From Octopus sinensis (lineage: Eukaryota): DNA of 64,000 bases. The notes beneath the pieces were generated by a model, which saw nothing but the letters and a program-made list of their open reading frames with translations, did no database searches and was not told the DNA's origin. Shown here piece by piece: positions 1 through 13,224 of this stretch; the stretch's first letter is position 1; the number at the start of each line of letters is the position of its first letter. A program made the position numbers and the translations under genes. The DNA lies in assembly GCF_006345805.1 (NCBI RefSeq), contig NC_043009.1, forward strand, positions 64,728,001 through 64,792,000, read 5' to 3'.

Positions 1-84
1 TATGTTCCTGAAACAAGCGTAGGACGTATACATTAATTTGAACTTCTCCCTTCGAACTTTCCATATACTCTTGTGAGCTTTAAT

Positions 85-300
85 AGTCTTTTCTACTCTA
101 GGCACAAGGCCTGAAATTTTGGGGGAGTGGGCCAGTCGATTAGATTGACCCCAGTACGCAACCCGTACTTAATTTATCAACACCAGAAGGATGAAAGGCA
201 AAGTCAACCTTGGTGGAATTTGAACTCAGAATGTAAAGAGAGATGAAATACCACTAAGCATTTCGCCCAGCATGCTAACGTTTCTGCCAGCCAGCTGGCT
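85..300 (-). mobile_element. Family A SINE. Further copies at ~3440-3645 (-), 7975-8190 (+), 8840-9050 (-), 9370-9500 (-), 27370-27560 (-), 39370-39612 (-), 41400-41610, 44760-44950 (-) and 45310-45730 (-)
   Basis: Shared ggatgaaaggcaaagtcgacct...gaatttgaactcag core. Confidence 0.85.
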
Positions 301-895
301 TTATGTGAGCTTTAATATTAGCACCACTAACGTGATGAACCGATCCTGTATGTACAAATTTATATAAAGTGATATATATTTTTCTGAAGCATTTAATGGA
401 TTGAAGTTTTACTTTTCATATACAGACTGATAACCCAGAATTTTGTCTCAAATCCAGAATCTTCCATAATATCATCATCATCATTTTTCCATACTGGCAT
501 GGGTTGGACGGTTTCACTGAGTTTTGGAGAGCCAGTGGCTGTACCAGGCTCCAATCTGATCTGGCAAGGTTTCTAAAGCTGGATGCCCTTCCTAATGCCA
601 ACCACTCTGAGAGTGTAGTAGATGCTTTTTACGTGTGACCAGCACAGGAGCCAGTCATGTAGGCCTGGCATCGATCACGTTTGAATAGTGCTTTTTATGT
701 GCCATCGGCATGGGGTTCAGTCAGAGAGTGCTGGCATCGACCACCTTCCGATGGTACTTTTTACTTGCCACTGGCACAGGAGCCATATATTGTGAACTTG
801 GATCTTAGTAGTTTATCACTTGGAGCACTCAGGCAGTGTACCTATTAATTTAGATCACCAGTGGCCTAAACCCTTCCTATTTTGTATGTGTATGT

Positions 896-926
<31 letters not shown>

Positions 927-935
927 GATATATGC

Positions 936-1273
936 AACACCCGTGGACATATTTACAAAGTCAGAAAACAGCAGAGCTCCCATGACTTCAGGAAACATTT
1001 TTTCACGCTCAGAGTTGCTGAAGCATGGAACAAACTGCCAGCATCAGTTGTTAGTTGTCGGAGCACTGCATCCTTCAAAACTTCCATGCTTTCTGAGATT
1101 CACCAACACTACACCTGATTTTCTCCCCTCAATACACATGCAAGCATGTATCTGACTCATACATTGTTTGCTTTCCAGACATTTCTACATTACTGCTTAT
1201 ACTTTATATGCACTTTCTGACAAGTTGTGGTGCACCTGAGCACTGTATACAATAATTTCATTATTGTTATTAT
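936..1273 (+). mobile_element. CR1 LINE 3' fragment, same family as 12478
   Basis: NTRGHIYKVRKQQSSHDFRKHFFTLRVAEAWNKLP plus the same 3' UTR and tail. Confidence 0.92.
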
Positions 1274-1700
1274 GTATGATACACACATAGCGACATTCAC
1301 AGAATGACCAAATAAAGAAGAGAACAGGTGAAGAGAATAAAACAGAAAGCATCTTTATTTCATTCAGTTACATACACTGGGTTGTATAAATCTGTAGGTA
1401 TTTAATAAGTTTAAGTTCATTTAATTATTCACTAATAACAATTTCATATATTTTTCTTAGATAAGTATATATATATAGTTATATAACTGGTTTCAAAATT
1501 TTGGCACAAGGCCAGCAATTTTAGGAGCGGGAAATAAATGATTACATCAACCCCAGTATTCAACTGGTATTTATTTTATTGACCCCCGAAGGGATGAAAG
1601 GTAACATCAATGTCGGCAAAATATGAACTGAGAATGTAAAGAGCATTTTGTCTGATGTGCAAATGGTTCGGCCAACTTACAGAGCTATATATATACATAC

Positions 1701-1738
<38 letters not shown>

Positions 1739-1855
1739 TATATATACATACATATATATATACATATATATATACATATATATATACATACATAAACATA
1801 CATACACATATATACATACATATTCATACATATATACATATATATATATATATCT

Positions 1856-1965
<110 letters not shown>

Positions 1966-2276
1966 AGGCACATGGCTCAGTGGTTAGAGCATTGAGCTTA
2001 AGATTGTGAGTTCGATTCCCGGATGAGGCTGTGTGTTGTGTTCTTGAGCAAAACACTTTATTTCACGTTGTTCCCAATGAGTTGTGACATCACTGGCGCC
2101 AAGCTGTATCGGCCCCTTTGCCTTTCCCTTGGATAACATCAGTGGTGTGGAGAGGGGAGGCTGGTATGCATGGGTGACTGCTGGCCTTCCACAAACAACC
2201 TTGCCTGGACTTGTACCTCGGAGAGTAACTTTCTAGGTGCAATCCCATGGTCATTCATGACCGAAGGGGATCTCAG

Positions 2277-2318
<42 letters not shown>

Positions 2319-2821
2319 TGTACATATATACGCATGCATGCACATACACACATGCATGCACACACACACACACAAAAGCACTTTATTGGAATTTAAGATG
2401 ATATTCTAGAATCCAAGTTTCCCGTTGACCAATAACCAGCATTTATTCCACAAGGACCTATATCACAAAGGACACTCTGACATATCAGCTGACAGAATGA
2501 GGTACGAGATCACAGATAGAACAAGATGTTGACTCTTCCAACATGAATTTCTGCACACAAATTCAGGAAAAAGTAATCATTTATTGATGATAGCGTCGAT
2601 TATCTCCCTTGTTACTGTGTAGTGCAAATAATTTAATTTTATTTAATCCCAAATGGTAATGTATCCTTTTGTGATTTTAAATTCTCGCTGAATAATTGTT
2701 GACATCCACCAACATGAAACCTTAGGTTCTAGAATATTGGCATAAATTCCATTAAAGAATTTGTAATCCACCTTCGTGGTGTTGAATACTTTTTACTAGC
2801 CTATTAAGATGAGTGTGTGTG

Positions 2822-2860
<39 letters not shown>

Positions 2861-2947
2861 GTGTGTGTGTGTGCATGTGCAACACTTTAACAATAACTTT
2901 GTCGCTGCTCAAGAGCTGGAGCACTGCCGTTATGTATGTGTGTGTGT

Positions 2948-3025
<78 letters not shown>

Positions 3026-4739
3026 CATACATACATGCATTCATACATACATACATTAGTTAATTATTCTTTTGCTACATGTAGGTTTATACATGTAAAT
3101 TACACATGCAATCAGTCAAGTAATAATTGGTAAGTGGTTGTGCTGCAATGGTGTGAAGCATTAGATTATGGTGGAAGTATTAGATTTGAGGGAGATCTGG
3201 CTGTTTTTGCAAGCAGGTTGAACAGATTCATAGAGGTTTCCTTGTTGGATTGTGTTTTTGCTGTGTTGCCCTCATCATCTGATCATAAATTTATCTATAC
3301 CATTGACTAACAATTACAATTAAACAAAAGACTCAGCTTATCTCTGAGTTCTTAAACTTTCATATGGATGCCAACTTTCAGACTGATATGGTTTTCACTT
3401 TAATACTTCTATATTCTTATTTAGTGTTTCAATTAATATTGGTTTCAAATTTTGGCACAATTCTGGGATAGGAAGTAATGTTAGGCTGGTTTACCAATGT
3501 TAAGCTAATATGTATTTTATCAACCTCGAAAGTATGAAAACCAAAGTCAACCGAGGTGGAATTTGAACTCAGAACATGAAGACAGACAAAATGCCACAAA
3601 GCATTTTGCCTGGCATGCTGACAGTTCTACCAGCTTGCTTCCTTACCGTTTCAGTTAATAATGAAAATTACCAAAACAGATTTGTAAGGGTTTAGTAGAA
3701 TATTAAGCTTAGTCAATATTGATCTCATGTTTGGCTCTTACCATAAAAGGTTCTTACCATAAAATTATGATGGAAGGCCTTAATTCAAACAGGAATCCTT
3801 TAACATTGATAAATTTCTATCAGATATCTAGAGACAGTGTTAAGTGGATTAGTATAAAAAGGGTTAAGAGATTATAAGCATTTTTCAAAGTAGATTTGGC
3901 TTCCAAACTGAGGCAGCTATGTAACGGTAGACAGAATCGTTAGAGACATGAAACAATTAAGGATATAAAATACACATCTTGGTAGGATGTCTGTACAGTT
4001 TGTTTGAGCAGCTCAAATTGAACTGGTCAAACTTCTTTCTAAAAACTACCCTGCAGATTTATATAATCTCTATAGGTTTGTTCCACCAGGTCAGTCCCAG
4101 CATAACAAACCTGTAATCAAAAGCCTTCCACACATAACCACCTTGACTTATAATCAGGAATATCATACCAAGGATGATGACATTTCAGGTTCTCTTCCTG
4201 GTTTAAAGACAGATTTGGCATCTACACAGATATTGCGCAGAGACTGCATATAAGTCCATTCCTGGTCTTGTGGTCCCTCATTTTAAGTGCAAAAAGGAAC
4301 TAATTAAGAAAAATTTAACTGTGAAGCAGAGAACCTCAAATGGCTGGGTGTATAAGATTCCTGATTCTCTTATTCTTAATTTCTATGTTACAACTCACCA
4401 GGGATTGTAGAAGATGCAGTGAGTGGAATCTTAGATAATAGCATGTCTAAGCTCTTTTATACTCTTCAGTGGAATGTTCCTTATATTCCTGATGACCAAC
4501 GAATGGCAAATAAAGCACCAATGGCCTCCAAAAGTCAAGCTATCGAAATATTAAAACAATAAAATATATATAAAAAAACAAAAACAAGGCACGTCAGTTT
4601 TCACAGAGCAGAAGGAGGTTCAATACAAAATGCAATAATGGCCATTTCTAGCCTGCTTCTGTAGCCTCAAAGAGTCACTTTTCCTCTCTGTCTTTCTCAG
4701 AAACCTATATCTATCAGAAATTGGGTTTTTTGGTGCGCT

Positions 4740-4865
4740 TATATGCATTTCAGTATGTATGTGTATATATATATATATATATATAATGTATATATACATA
4801 TATTTATATATACACACACATACATATATAGATACATATCCATATATATATATACATATATATAC

Positions 4866-4898
<33 letters not shown>

Positions 4899-4942
4899 CA
4901 TATATATATTATATATATATATATATAGATATATATATATAT

Positions 4943-5000
<58 letters not shown>

Positions 5001-5631
5001 ACACACATATACATATCATATATATATAAACACACACATATATATATAGGGAGAGAGAGAGAGAGAAAGAGGGATAATACACACATATATATATATATAT
5101 ATAGATATATACACATATACATAATGTGTGTGTGCATTTGTAAGTGGGTGTATGTGTATCTATTTGAAGAGATATTTATGTGATCTTCATGAAAATAAAA
5201 ATATATAAACATTTAACTTTTTATAATTCTGTTTTAAAATATACTTTAAGAAATGTATAAAGGGGCCTTCTAAATCTCGGCCAATTTTTGGAGTGTGGGG
5301 GCAGTTACCGTAAAAGGGATCAAGAGAATCTATTTAAACTTGTGTGCAATTAATGTATTTATTGGAGGGAATCCCTTCCTCTTACAAATCCCACCAATAC
5401 AATTCAGCATTATTCAATTTGTTTACTTCAGAAAGAGCATGGATGTGTTCTAGAAAAAGTTTTTAAGGATAAAAACCCACAAAAAATAGAAGGACAATAT
5501 AACATATTTCTTTCAAAATATTTGAAAATATTTTTTGCCAAAAATTTTTACTTATTTCAGCAATATATATATATATATATAAATATATATCTTTATGTAC
5601 ATATATATAAATATACTTATATATATATATG

Positions 5632-5662
<31 letters not shown>

Positions 5663-5858
5663 GTATTATATATATGTATATATACATGTATGTGTGTATA
5701 TATATATATATATACACACACACTTATTTATGGATATACATATAGATATATATATATATGTGTGTGTGTGTGTGTATATTTATATATATATATATATATT
5801 ATATATATATATGTATGTATATATCTATATATATATATATGTCTGTATGTGTATATAT

Positions 5859-5891
<33 letters not shown>

Positions 5892-6110
5892 ATATATCTA
5901 TACATATATATGTCTGTATGTGTGTGTATATATATATATTATATATATATATATACACACACACATACATACATATATACATACATACATACTTACATAC
6001 ATACATACATACATACATACACACATATATACATACATACATATGCATGTGTGTTTGCATACATGTGTGTATATGTGTGTGTGTATGAGTGTGTGTGTGT
6101 TTGTGTGGGT
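4740..6110. repeat. Compound (TA)/(CA)/(TG) microsatellite fields just downstream of the GIPC stop. Similar fields at 1680-1962, 2810-3055, 15120-15500, 47470-47552, 49455-49757 and 54185-54340
   Basis: Direct inspection. These fields produce the spurious YI/HT/CV-repeat ORFs. Confidence 0.97.
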
Positions 6111-6285
6111 GATAATATATGACAACAGAACATAAACGTATGGAATGGGTGTATACTAAGTGCTCTATATTTCTGGTTTTTTTTTATTTTTCCTGAAATT
6201 TGAATCTTTTTTCTTTTTTAACAAAAAAAAAACCGTTTTCATTTGTTTCTATTGTTTAAAATATGTTTTCTTTTCCTTTCACGTA

Positions 6286-6467
6286 TTAGAAATTTTCTGA
6301 AAACCCTTGTTTATTAAGCCTTCCAGTTTTAGCATCGTTAATTGCTCCCCAGAGATCAAAGATGAAATCATCAGCAAATCCAAAAGCTTCGAGGTCCGAT
6401 GCATCTACGGCCATGGCGAAGTCATGCGGATTCTCTTGTTTGTTTCCAATCTCCCAGATGTTTTGAG
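6286..6467 (-). CDS. GIPC: GIPC last coding exon (GH2 domain to stop)
   Basis: Acceptor ctttttcag|CT. Reads (A)QNIWEIGNKQENPHDFAMAVDASDLEAFGFADDFIFDLWGAINDAKTGRLNKQGFSENF*. The four exons total 738 nt = 246 codons including TAA. Confidence 0.96.
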
Positions 6468-6521
6468 CTGAAAAAGACAGATTGCAATTTAATATATATA
6501 TGATATAAATATATAATCTTT

Positions 6522-7510
6522 TATACTCTAGGCACAAGGCCCGAAATTTTGAGGGAGGGGTGGGGGGCAGTCAATTAGATCAACCCAAGTACGCAACTGG
6601 TGCTTAATTTATCGACCCCGAAAGAATGAAAGGCAAAGTTGACCTCGGCGGAATTTGAACTTAGAATGTAAAGACAGATGAAATACCTATTTCTTTACTA
6701 CCCACAAGGGGTTACACACAGAGAGGACAAACAAAGACAGACAAACGGATTAAGTCGATTACATCGACCCAGTGCATAACTGGTACTTAATTTATCAACT
6801 CAAAAAGGATGAAAGGCAAAGTCGACCTCGGTGGAATTTGAACTCAGAACGTAACGGCAGATGAAATACCTATTTCTTTACTACCCACAAAGGGCTAAAC
6901 ACAGAGAGGACAAACAAGGACAGACAAACGGATTAAGTCGATTACAACGACCCCAGTGCGTAACTGGTACTTAATTTATCGACCCCAAAAGGATGAAAGG
7001 CAAAGTTGACCTCGGTGGAATTTGAACTCAGAATGTAAAGACAGACGAAATACCGATTTCTTTACTACCCACAAGGAGTTAAACACAGAGAAGACAAACA
7101 AGGACAGACAAACGGATTAAGTCGATTATATCGACCCCAGTGCGTAACTGGTACTTATTTAATTGACCCCGAAAGGATGAAAGGCAAAGTTGACCTCAGT
7201 GGAATTTGAACTCAGAATGTAAAGACACGAAATACCACTAATCATTTCGCCCAGCATACTAACTTTTCTGTCACATATGATGTACATAATGTATTCTTTT
7301 CTCCTCTAGGCACAAGGCCCAAAATTTTGGGAGTGGGGGCCAGTCAATTTGATCAACCCTTGTATGCAACTGGTACTTAATTTATCGACCCCGAAAGGAT
7401 GAAAGGCAAAGTTGACCTCAGTGGAATTTGAACTCAGAATGTAAAGACAGACGAAATACCACTAAGCATTTCGCCCAGCATGCTAACTTTTCTGTCATCT
7501 CTCTGCCTTT
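6522..7510 (-). mobile_element. Family A SINE array (184-bp unit x4) plus an adjacent full copy
   Basis: gaatttgaact recurs at about 6651, 6835, 7019 and 7202. Separate copy at 7296-7510. Confidence 0.9.
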
Positions 7511-9104
7511 CGGTAGCTATAAATTCTTTTCTACTCTAGGCATCAGGCCCGAAATTTGGGGGCTGGGGCCAGTAAAATGCACCCGTGATGGCACCACATA
7601 AAAAGCACCATGCCAAAACAGACAACTGGGGCCTGGTGCAGCTCTCACACACACACAATTTTTGCCTGTCAAATTCACTCACAGGGCACTGGTTGGCCCG
7701 AGGCAATAAAGGTAGCTACTCAGAGTGCTGTTGTCCAGTAGGACTGAGCCCAAAGTCACATGATTGCAAAGCAAGCTTCTTAACCATTTAGTCATGCCTG
7801 CACCAGGCAATTCTTACAAATCCTCAAGTTGTATGATTGGTGTTGGTCATCTCTTCACCTTTCCACATTACTCGACCTTGCTGCATTGTAACCTCTGATA
7901 CAACAACCAAAACTTTTACCAGTTGAAAAACTAACCTTAACACAATGTCTAATTAATTAATTATCTTAGTATACTACGGCAAGCTGGCAGAATCGTTAGC
8001 ATGCCAGGCGAAATGCTTAACAGTATTTCATCTGCCTTTACATTCTGAGTTCAAATTCTGCCAAGGTTGACTTTGCCTTTTATCCTTCCGGGGTCAATTA
8101 AATAAGTACTGGTTATGCACTGGGGTCAATGTAATCGACTTAATCCCTTTGTCTGTCCCTGTTTGTCCCCCTGTGGGCAATAAAGAAATGAATATCTTAC
8201 TATACTTATGTCTAGGTGGAAAATGATATGTCAAATTAAGAAACTCCCGAGTTGCCTTAGTTCTTCAATCAGAGGATTGTATCTTGAATTTTTGGTTTTC
8301 TTGTTATTCTTTTGCTGTATACTCTCAGTGCTTTTTACCTGTCATATACAGATATTGGCAGATCAAGAAGAGCGTATATTGATCAACTTGTGGAGGACAA
8401 TGGATCTCGGTGTGAGGATATAAAGACTGTTATGGGAGATTGGAGACATCTGGTGTCAAAGAGATGCATTGGTCCAGGCAGGTCAACCAGCTGGATAGAT
8501 AGCTTTTATTTTTTACATATCCAGTTCAATCAGAGAATCCACTATTTCTGAGCATTTCATTTTAGTACTGGTCACCCACAAGGCATTGGCTGACCAGAGG
8601 TAATAGAAGAAGACACTTGCACAAAGCACCACAAAAAGAAATCCTTTTCCTTCTCCTCCACCCTCTGCAGCAGCAGTTAGCAACTGTTTTCCATGCAGGC
8701 ATGGGTTGGACAGTTTCACAGGAGCTGGCCAGCCAGAGAGCTTCCCAGGCTCCAATCATCTGTTCTGGTTTGGTTTCTACAGCTGGATGCCCTTCTGAAC
8801 ACCAACCACTTTACGTTACAGAGTGTACTGGGTGCTCTTTTGTGGTAGTTGATTACATTGACCCCCCAGTATGTAACTGGTACTTATTTTATCAAGCCTG
8901 AAGGGATGAAAGGCAAAATCAACCTCAGTAGAATTTGAGCTCAGAACATCAATGATGCCTAATATTTAAATAAAATTTTTACTGGTACTTTGTTTTTTAC
9001 AACACAGAATGGATGAAAGGCAAAGTTTGAACTCAGAATGTAAAGAGCTGTGACTAAATTCTGTGAGATATTCTGTCCAAAACTGCTGCACCTCCCAACT
9101 TATA

Positions 9105-9350
9105 TAGGGTGTTCAAAAAGTCCTTTCACAGTGAATTTTTTTCATCCTGACTCTCCAAGATTTATTTCAAAACATGTGTAGAAGAGTCAACTTAAGTATT
9201 GAAAATGAAGGGCAGCACCTTCAGCACCTCTTATAAAGTTTTATAAATTCTTGTAAAGTCTAATGTATTCTTTTGTAGTCTTTTACCATCTTATAAATAT
9301 TTTATTTTGCAATAAAATACTAACTGCAGAGAGACTTTTTGAACACCCTG
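9105..9350. mobile_element. Tc1/mariner-type MITE, 246 bp
   Basis: TIRs (t/c)agggtgttcaaaaagtc, flanked by TA on both sides. Confidence 0.85.
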
Positions 9351-9677
9351 TATAATTCTTCTTAATTTTAAAACAGGGCCAGCAATTTTTGGAGAGCAGA
9401 GGGAAGTTGACTACATTGACCCCAGTCGGAATTTGAACTCTGAACCTAAAGAGTTGGGACAAATGCAACTAAGTTACTTGTCTGGTATTCTAGCAATCCT
9501 ACCCACCAACCCACAACCCTTAAGAAAATATGGAATGGTTTCTGCCCAAATTTGCATGTGTTCCTTGTGCAGAGATCATGCCAGTGTTTTCTTTATCTTT
9601 CTAATTTTAGCGTATGCACGGTCAAGCTGCAGCAACGATAACAACAAAGCGAAAACATTAACAACAACAATATTTAC

Positions 9678-9759
9678 CAAGTTCTGTGTCGTTGATACCC
9701 ATGAAGGATTCAAGCAGGCCGTTAATTTTGTCTACTGCCACACTGGATACGTCATCAGG
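9678..9759 (-). CDS. GIPC: GIPC penultimate exon (start of GH2); absent from the ORF track
   Basis: Acceptor ctctcttccag|CCT, donor G|gtaaat, 82 nt. Reads PDDVSSVAVDKINGLLESFMGINDTEL, matching the GIPC K-x-D/N-x-LLES-x-MGI-x-D-x-EL motif. Confidence 0.96.
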
Positions 9760-9888
9760 CTGGAAGAGAGGAAAATAGGTTTTAGAAATTAAAGAATGAC
9801 AGAAACTACATCGAAGAAATATATATAAAACAAAATTTTTTAAAACTACAACTATAAAATAACAACAATAACAACAACAATGATAATT

Positions 9889-9921
<33 letters not shown>

Positions 9922-9966
9922 ACAATGATGATTATAACAATGGAAATGATGAAAATGGTACTGAAG

Positions 9967-10003
<37 letters not shown>

Positions 10004-10052
10004 ATATATATATATCAACGTCATTCTCATCACTTCACTATATCATCATCAT

Positions 10053-10084
<32 letters not shown>

Positions 10085-10264
10085 TTAACGTCTGTTATCC
10101 ATGCTGGCATGGGTTGGACAGTTTGACCAGGGCTGGCATGCTGGGATGCTGCACCAGACTCCAATCTGACTTGGCATGGTTTCTACGGCTGGGTGCCCTT
10201 CCTAACGTCAACTACTGCATATATATATATACATACATACACATGTATATAATTGGAAATATTT

Positions 10265-11063
10265 AGAGTCAACAAGGAAGAGTGCAGTTGGACATTTATT
10301 TTCAATCACTGCAATTGTTTCTGCACAATGTAGTTCTCCAGGCATGCAGGTACTTGATTATGCAACTGTTTCCCTGCATTATGAGATCTAGTAAAGATTG
10401 TTTGCCAACATAACATGGCAGTCCTGGTTTAGGACGAATGTTGCTGTAATTTAGCCCCAGGAGACATCGTCTCCAGCTGGCTATATGACACAATCTGTGT
10501 CCTTATCTTTTCGAATAAGGGAATCTAGCACCTCCCACCCAGCTCAAAACAATATCTGTGTATCACGATTTCCGGGTTATTTCCCTTCATCAGCACAGAA
10601 TAATTGTTCGGCTAGAGGTGGCGCTGCTAAATTCCCATTCGAAATATATAGTTTTCAAAGTGACAACTAGTCACTGATTTATAAATTGGAAAATTACTAT
10701 TTTTAAATCTTACAATGTGAGATATTCAGAAACAGCTGCTGAATATCTCACGTGAGATTTAAAAATAGTAATTTTCTAAGTTATGAGATCTAGTTGTGTT
10801 TCCTCAGGCGATATGTAAATATTGTATCCGTAAGTTCAGGATCTCCGCTCCAAGAGCATCCTCTCAGTCTGTCGTGGCCTGAAGTCAGTTGTAGCCAGTG
10901 GGTGTATTGTTGCAGAAGGGCCATAGACAAACACAACTAGATCTCATAATGCAGAGAAATGGTTGCATAATCAAGTACCTGCATGCCTGGTGAACTACGT
11001 TGTGCAGAAACAATTGTAGTGATTGAAAATAAATGTCCGACTGTACTCTTCCTTGTTGACTCC
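10265..11063. mobile_element. Non-autonomous ~800-bp cassette with ~130-bp terminal inverted repeats, probably inverted Penelope pLTR ends
   Basis: 10265-10392 is the reverse complement of ~10936-11063 with about 9 mismatches. Flanks are aaatattt and aaattttt (possible 8-bp TSD). Each arm carries a decayed hammerhead-like motif: plus 10984-11021 CTGGTGA...GAAAC-AATT-GTA, and minus ~10307-10345. Internal hairpins at 10689-10776 and 10781-10801/10929-10949. Confidence 0.75.
10555..10599 (-). ncRNA. Type I minimal hammerhead ribozyme, intact core, sense to the GIPC pre-mRNA
   Basis: Minus strand TCTGTG-CTGATGA-A GGG aaataa CCC G-GAAA-TCGTGAT-A-CACAGA. Perfect 6-bp stem I, CUGAUGA/GAAA core, near-palindromic stem III ATCGTGAT, AUA triplet. 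A.G mismatch at the base of stem II. Confidence 0.72.
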
Positions 11064-12477
11064 AAATTTTTTCAATCATCTCTTCACACACAACAGATGC
11101 CCAAATGCAAACCTGGAGGTATGTATAATACTACTACTGGATAGCACAGGGTGAAATCTGAAGGTAGACGAGCTTTATACTGTACTCTACTATGTTTTTA
11201 ACAGAATGAACCATAACTATATATATATATATAGTAAGATGAGGATTCAGATAAAATCAAGGTATGCACCTTGAAAAGGTATGCACCAGGTAGGGGTGGG
11301 TAATCTCTGTGGTTCCATTCCAAGATTGGTGAGGATTGAAATATCAGATCAAATACTATGTGTATTTAGTTCCTAAGGGGCTGGTCCAAATTATATATTA
11401 CTTTGAGTAGTACATTGTTGGTATAACAACAACAATGACAATTATAATGATGATGACAACGATGATGATGATGATGACGACGATGATGACAATTACAATG
11501 ATGATTATAATAATGGAAATGATGAAAATGGTACTGAAGATATATATATATATCAACACCTTGGTGTATTATAGTCAAATGAATAACAACATACAATGCA
11601 TAATTGTCTGATCATTAGAGCTATTTCTTACGTAACATTTTAGTTGAAGAATGAGAACATTACATCATTATAAAAGACGGTAATCATCAGATGAGAAGAG
11701 ATTTTACAAAACAAAAGAATATCTGAAGAATACAGCAGGGATGTGGCTAGAGTCTGTTGAGACAAACTATGAAATGGGAGAATGACCAACTATGTTGGCC
11801 ATTAAGAATATAGTTCTTGAGATGTGTGTAATTTGATATCTAAGGCCAGGGTTCCAGGCGAGGTAGAGTTAATTAGACTAGATCAAGGGTAGACTTGAGT
11901 GCGTTGTAGGAGATAATTTATAAAGTAGGCTATGAGTTGTGGTAGCTAAAAAGAGGTCATAAAGCAATTAAGGACAAGAGAAAAGAGAAGATGGCTAAAT
12001 TGGAGGTGAGGATGGAGGGGAAAATAAAAATATAATCAATAAAATAAAATAAAATCATACGAGCTGATCAAGTATAGGTTTGTGGTATAGGATTCTCTAG
12101 CTAATTGTGAATGACCAGAGGATAGATAAACAGCAAAATTTAGGGGTATTCAGCAGATATTGGTTGAAAGTAGGGGAGGGGGGTATGAAGGCCATCAGAT
12201 AATAGGATTAAACTTTACGGAATTAAAGTTATAGTAAAGTAGAGTGCTAATTATCAATAACGAGTTACAAAATTTAAAGCAGGATAGGGTTATATAATGA
12301 ACTACACCCAGTACGTGGTTAGAGGAAATTGCAGATCAGCATCACGGAAGGCCGGCAGTAGGGAGTAGTCTAATGATTAATTAAGGAATGTTAAACGGGT
12401 GGCAATGATATCAAAATTGGATGGTATAATCTTTTTGGGTGAATCAGGTGAAGCAACTCAATAGGTTTGGATAGAGT

Positions 12478-13224
12478 GTTCATGTGAACGTGACCTGGGT
12501 GTTATTGTCGACAGTGATTTGCGCTGGACAAAACACATCGCTAAAATTGTCAAGAAGGCTGAGAGTGTCTTGGCATCACTCACCAAATCCTTTGTGAGCC
12601 GCTCTCTGACTATCTATCTGCGGCTTTATATAGCTATGGTAAGACCTCACCTGGAATTTGCATCACCGGTCTGGAACCCCTATCTTGCCCAGGATATCAA
12701 TCGTCTGGAAGCCGTTCAGCGACGTGCAGCCAAAAGAATAGCCTCCATCAGGCATTTGCCATATTCTGAACGCCTTACTTCCCTGGGCATGGACACATTG
12801 AAACTCCGACGTCTGGCAGCTGACTTGGCAGACACCCATAAAATTATCAACCATCTTACAAACAATAACTCTGAGCACCTTTTCAAACTCCACCCATCTA
12901 ACACCCGTGGACATATTTACAAAGTAAGAAAACAGCACAGCTCCTATGACTTCAGGAAACATTTTTTCACGCTGAGAGTTGCTGAAGCATGGAACAAACT
13001 GCCGGCATCAGTTGTTAGTTGTCGGAGCACTGCATCCTTCAAGGCTTCCATGCTTCCTGAGATTCGCCAACACTACACCTGATTTTCTCCCCTCCATACA
13101 CACACAAGCATGTATCTGACTCATGCATTGTTCACTTTCCAGACATTTGTACATTACTGCATATACTCTGACAAGTTGTGGTGCACCTGAGCACTGTATA
13201 CAATAATTTCATTATTATTATTAT
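12478..13224 (+). mobile_element. CR1-clade LINE, 5'-truncated (RT C-terminus, 3' UTR, (ATT)n tail)
   Basis: SCERDLGVIVDSDLRWTKHI...LYIAMVRPHLEFASPVWNPYL..DINRLEAVQRRA...LKLRRLAADL...RGHIYKV...FFTLRVAEAWNKLP. Open frame to the stop at 13082; ends aataatttcattattattatt. Confidence 0.93.

Noticed and set aside
4480-4520. Hammerhead on the plus strand (CTGATGA-CCA..TGG)
   Set aside because: It lacks GAAA and stem III.
6182-6187. GIPC polyadenylation signal (AATAAA on the minus strand)
   Set aside because: Many equivalent hexamers occur in this AT-rich flank, so the site cannot be chosen without transcript data.
10265-11063. Merlin, MULE or hAT MITE (GG..CC-like ends, 8-bp flank match)
   Set aside because: Not excluded, but the arms contain hammerhead-like motifs and a Penelope-type tail, so a pLTR origin was preferred. 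The TSD is AT-rich and imperfect.
11740-12470. Nuclear mitochondrial insertion (strand skew; ~100-codon frame if TGA=Trp)
   Set aside because: The translation resembles no mitochondrial protein I recognise.
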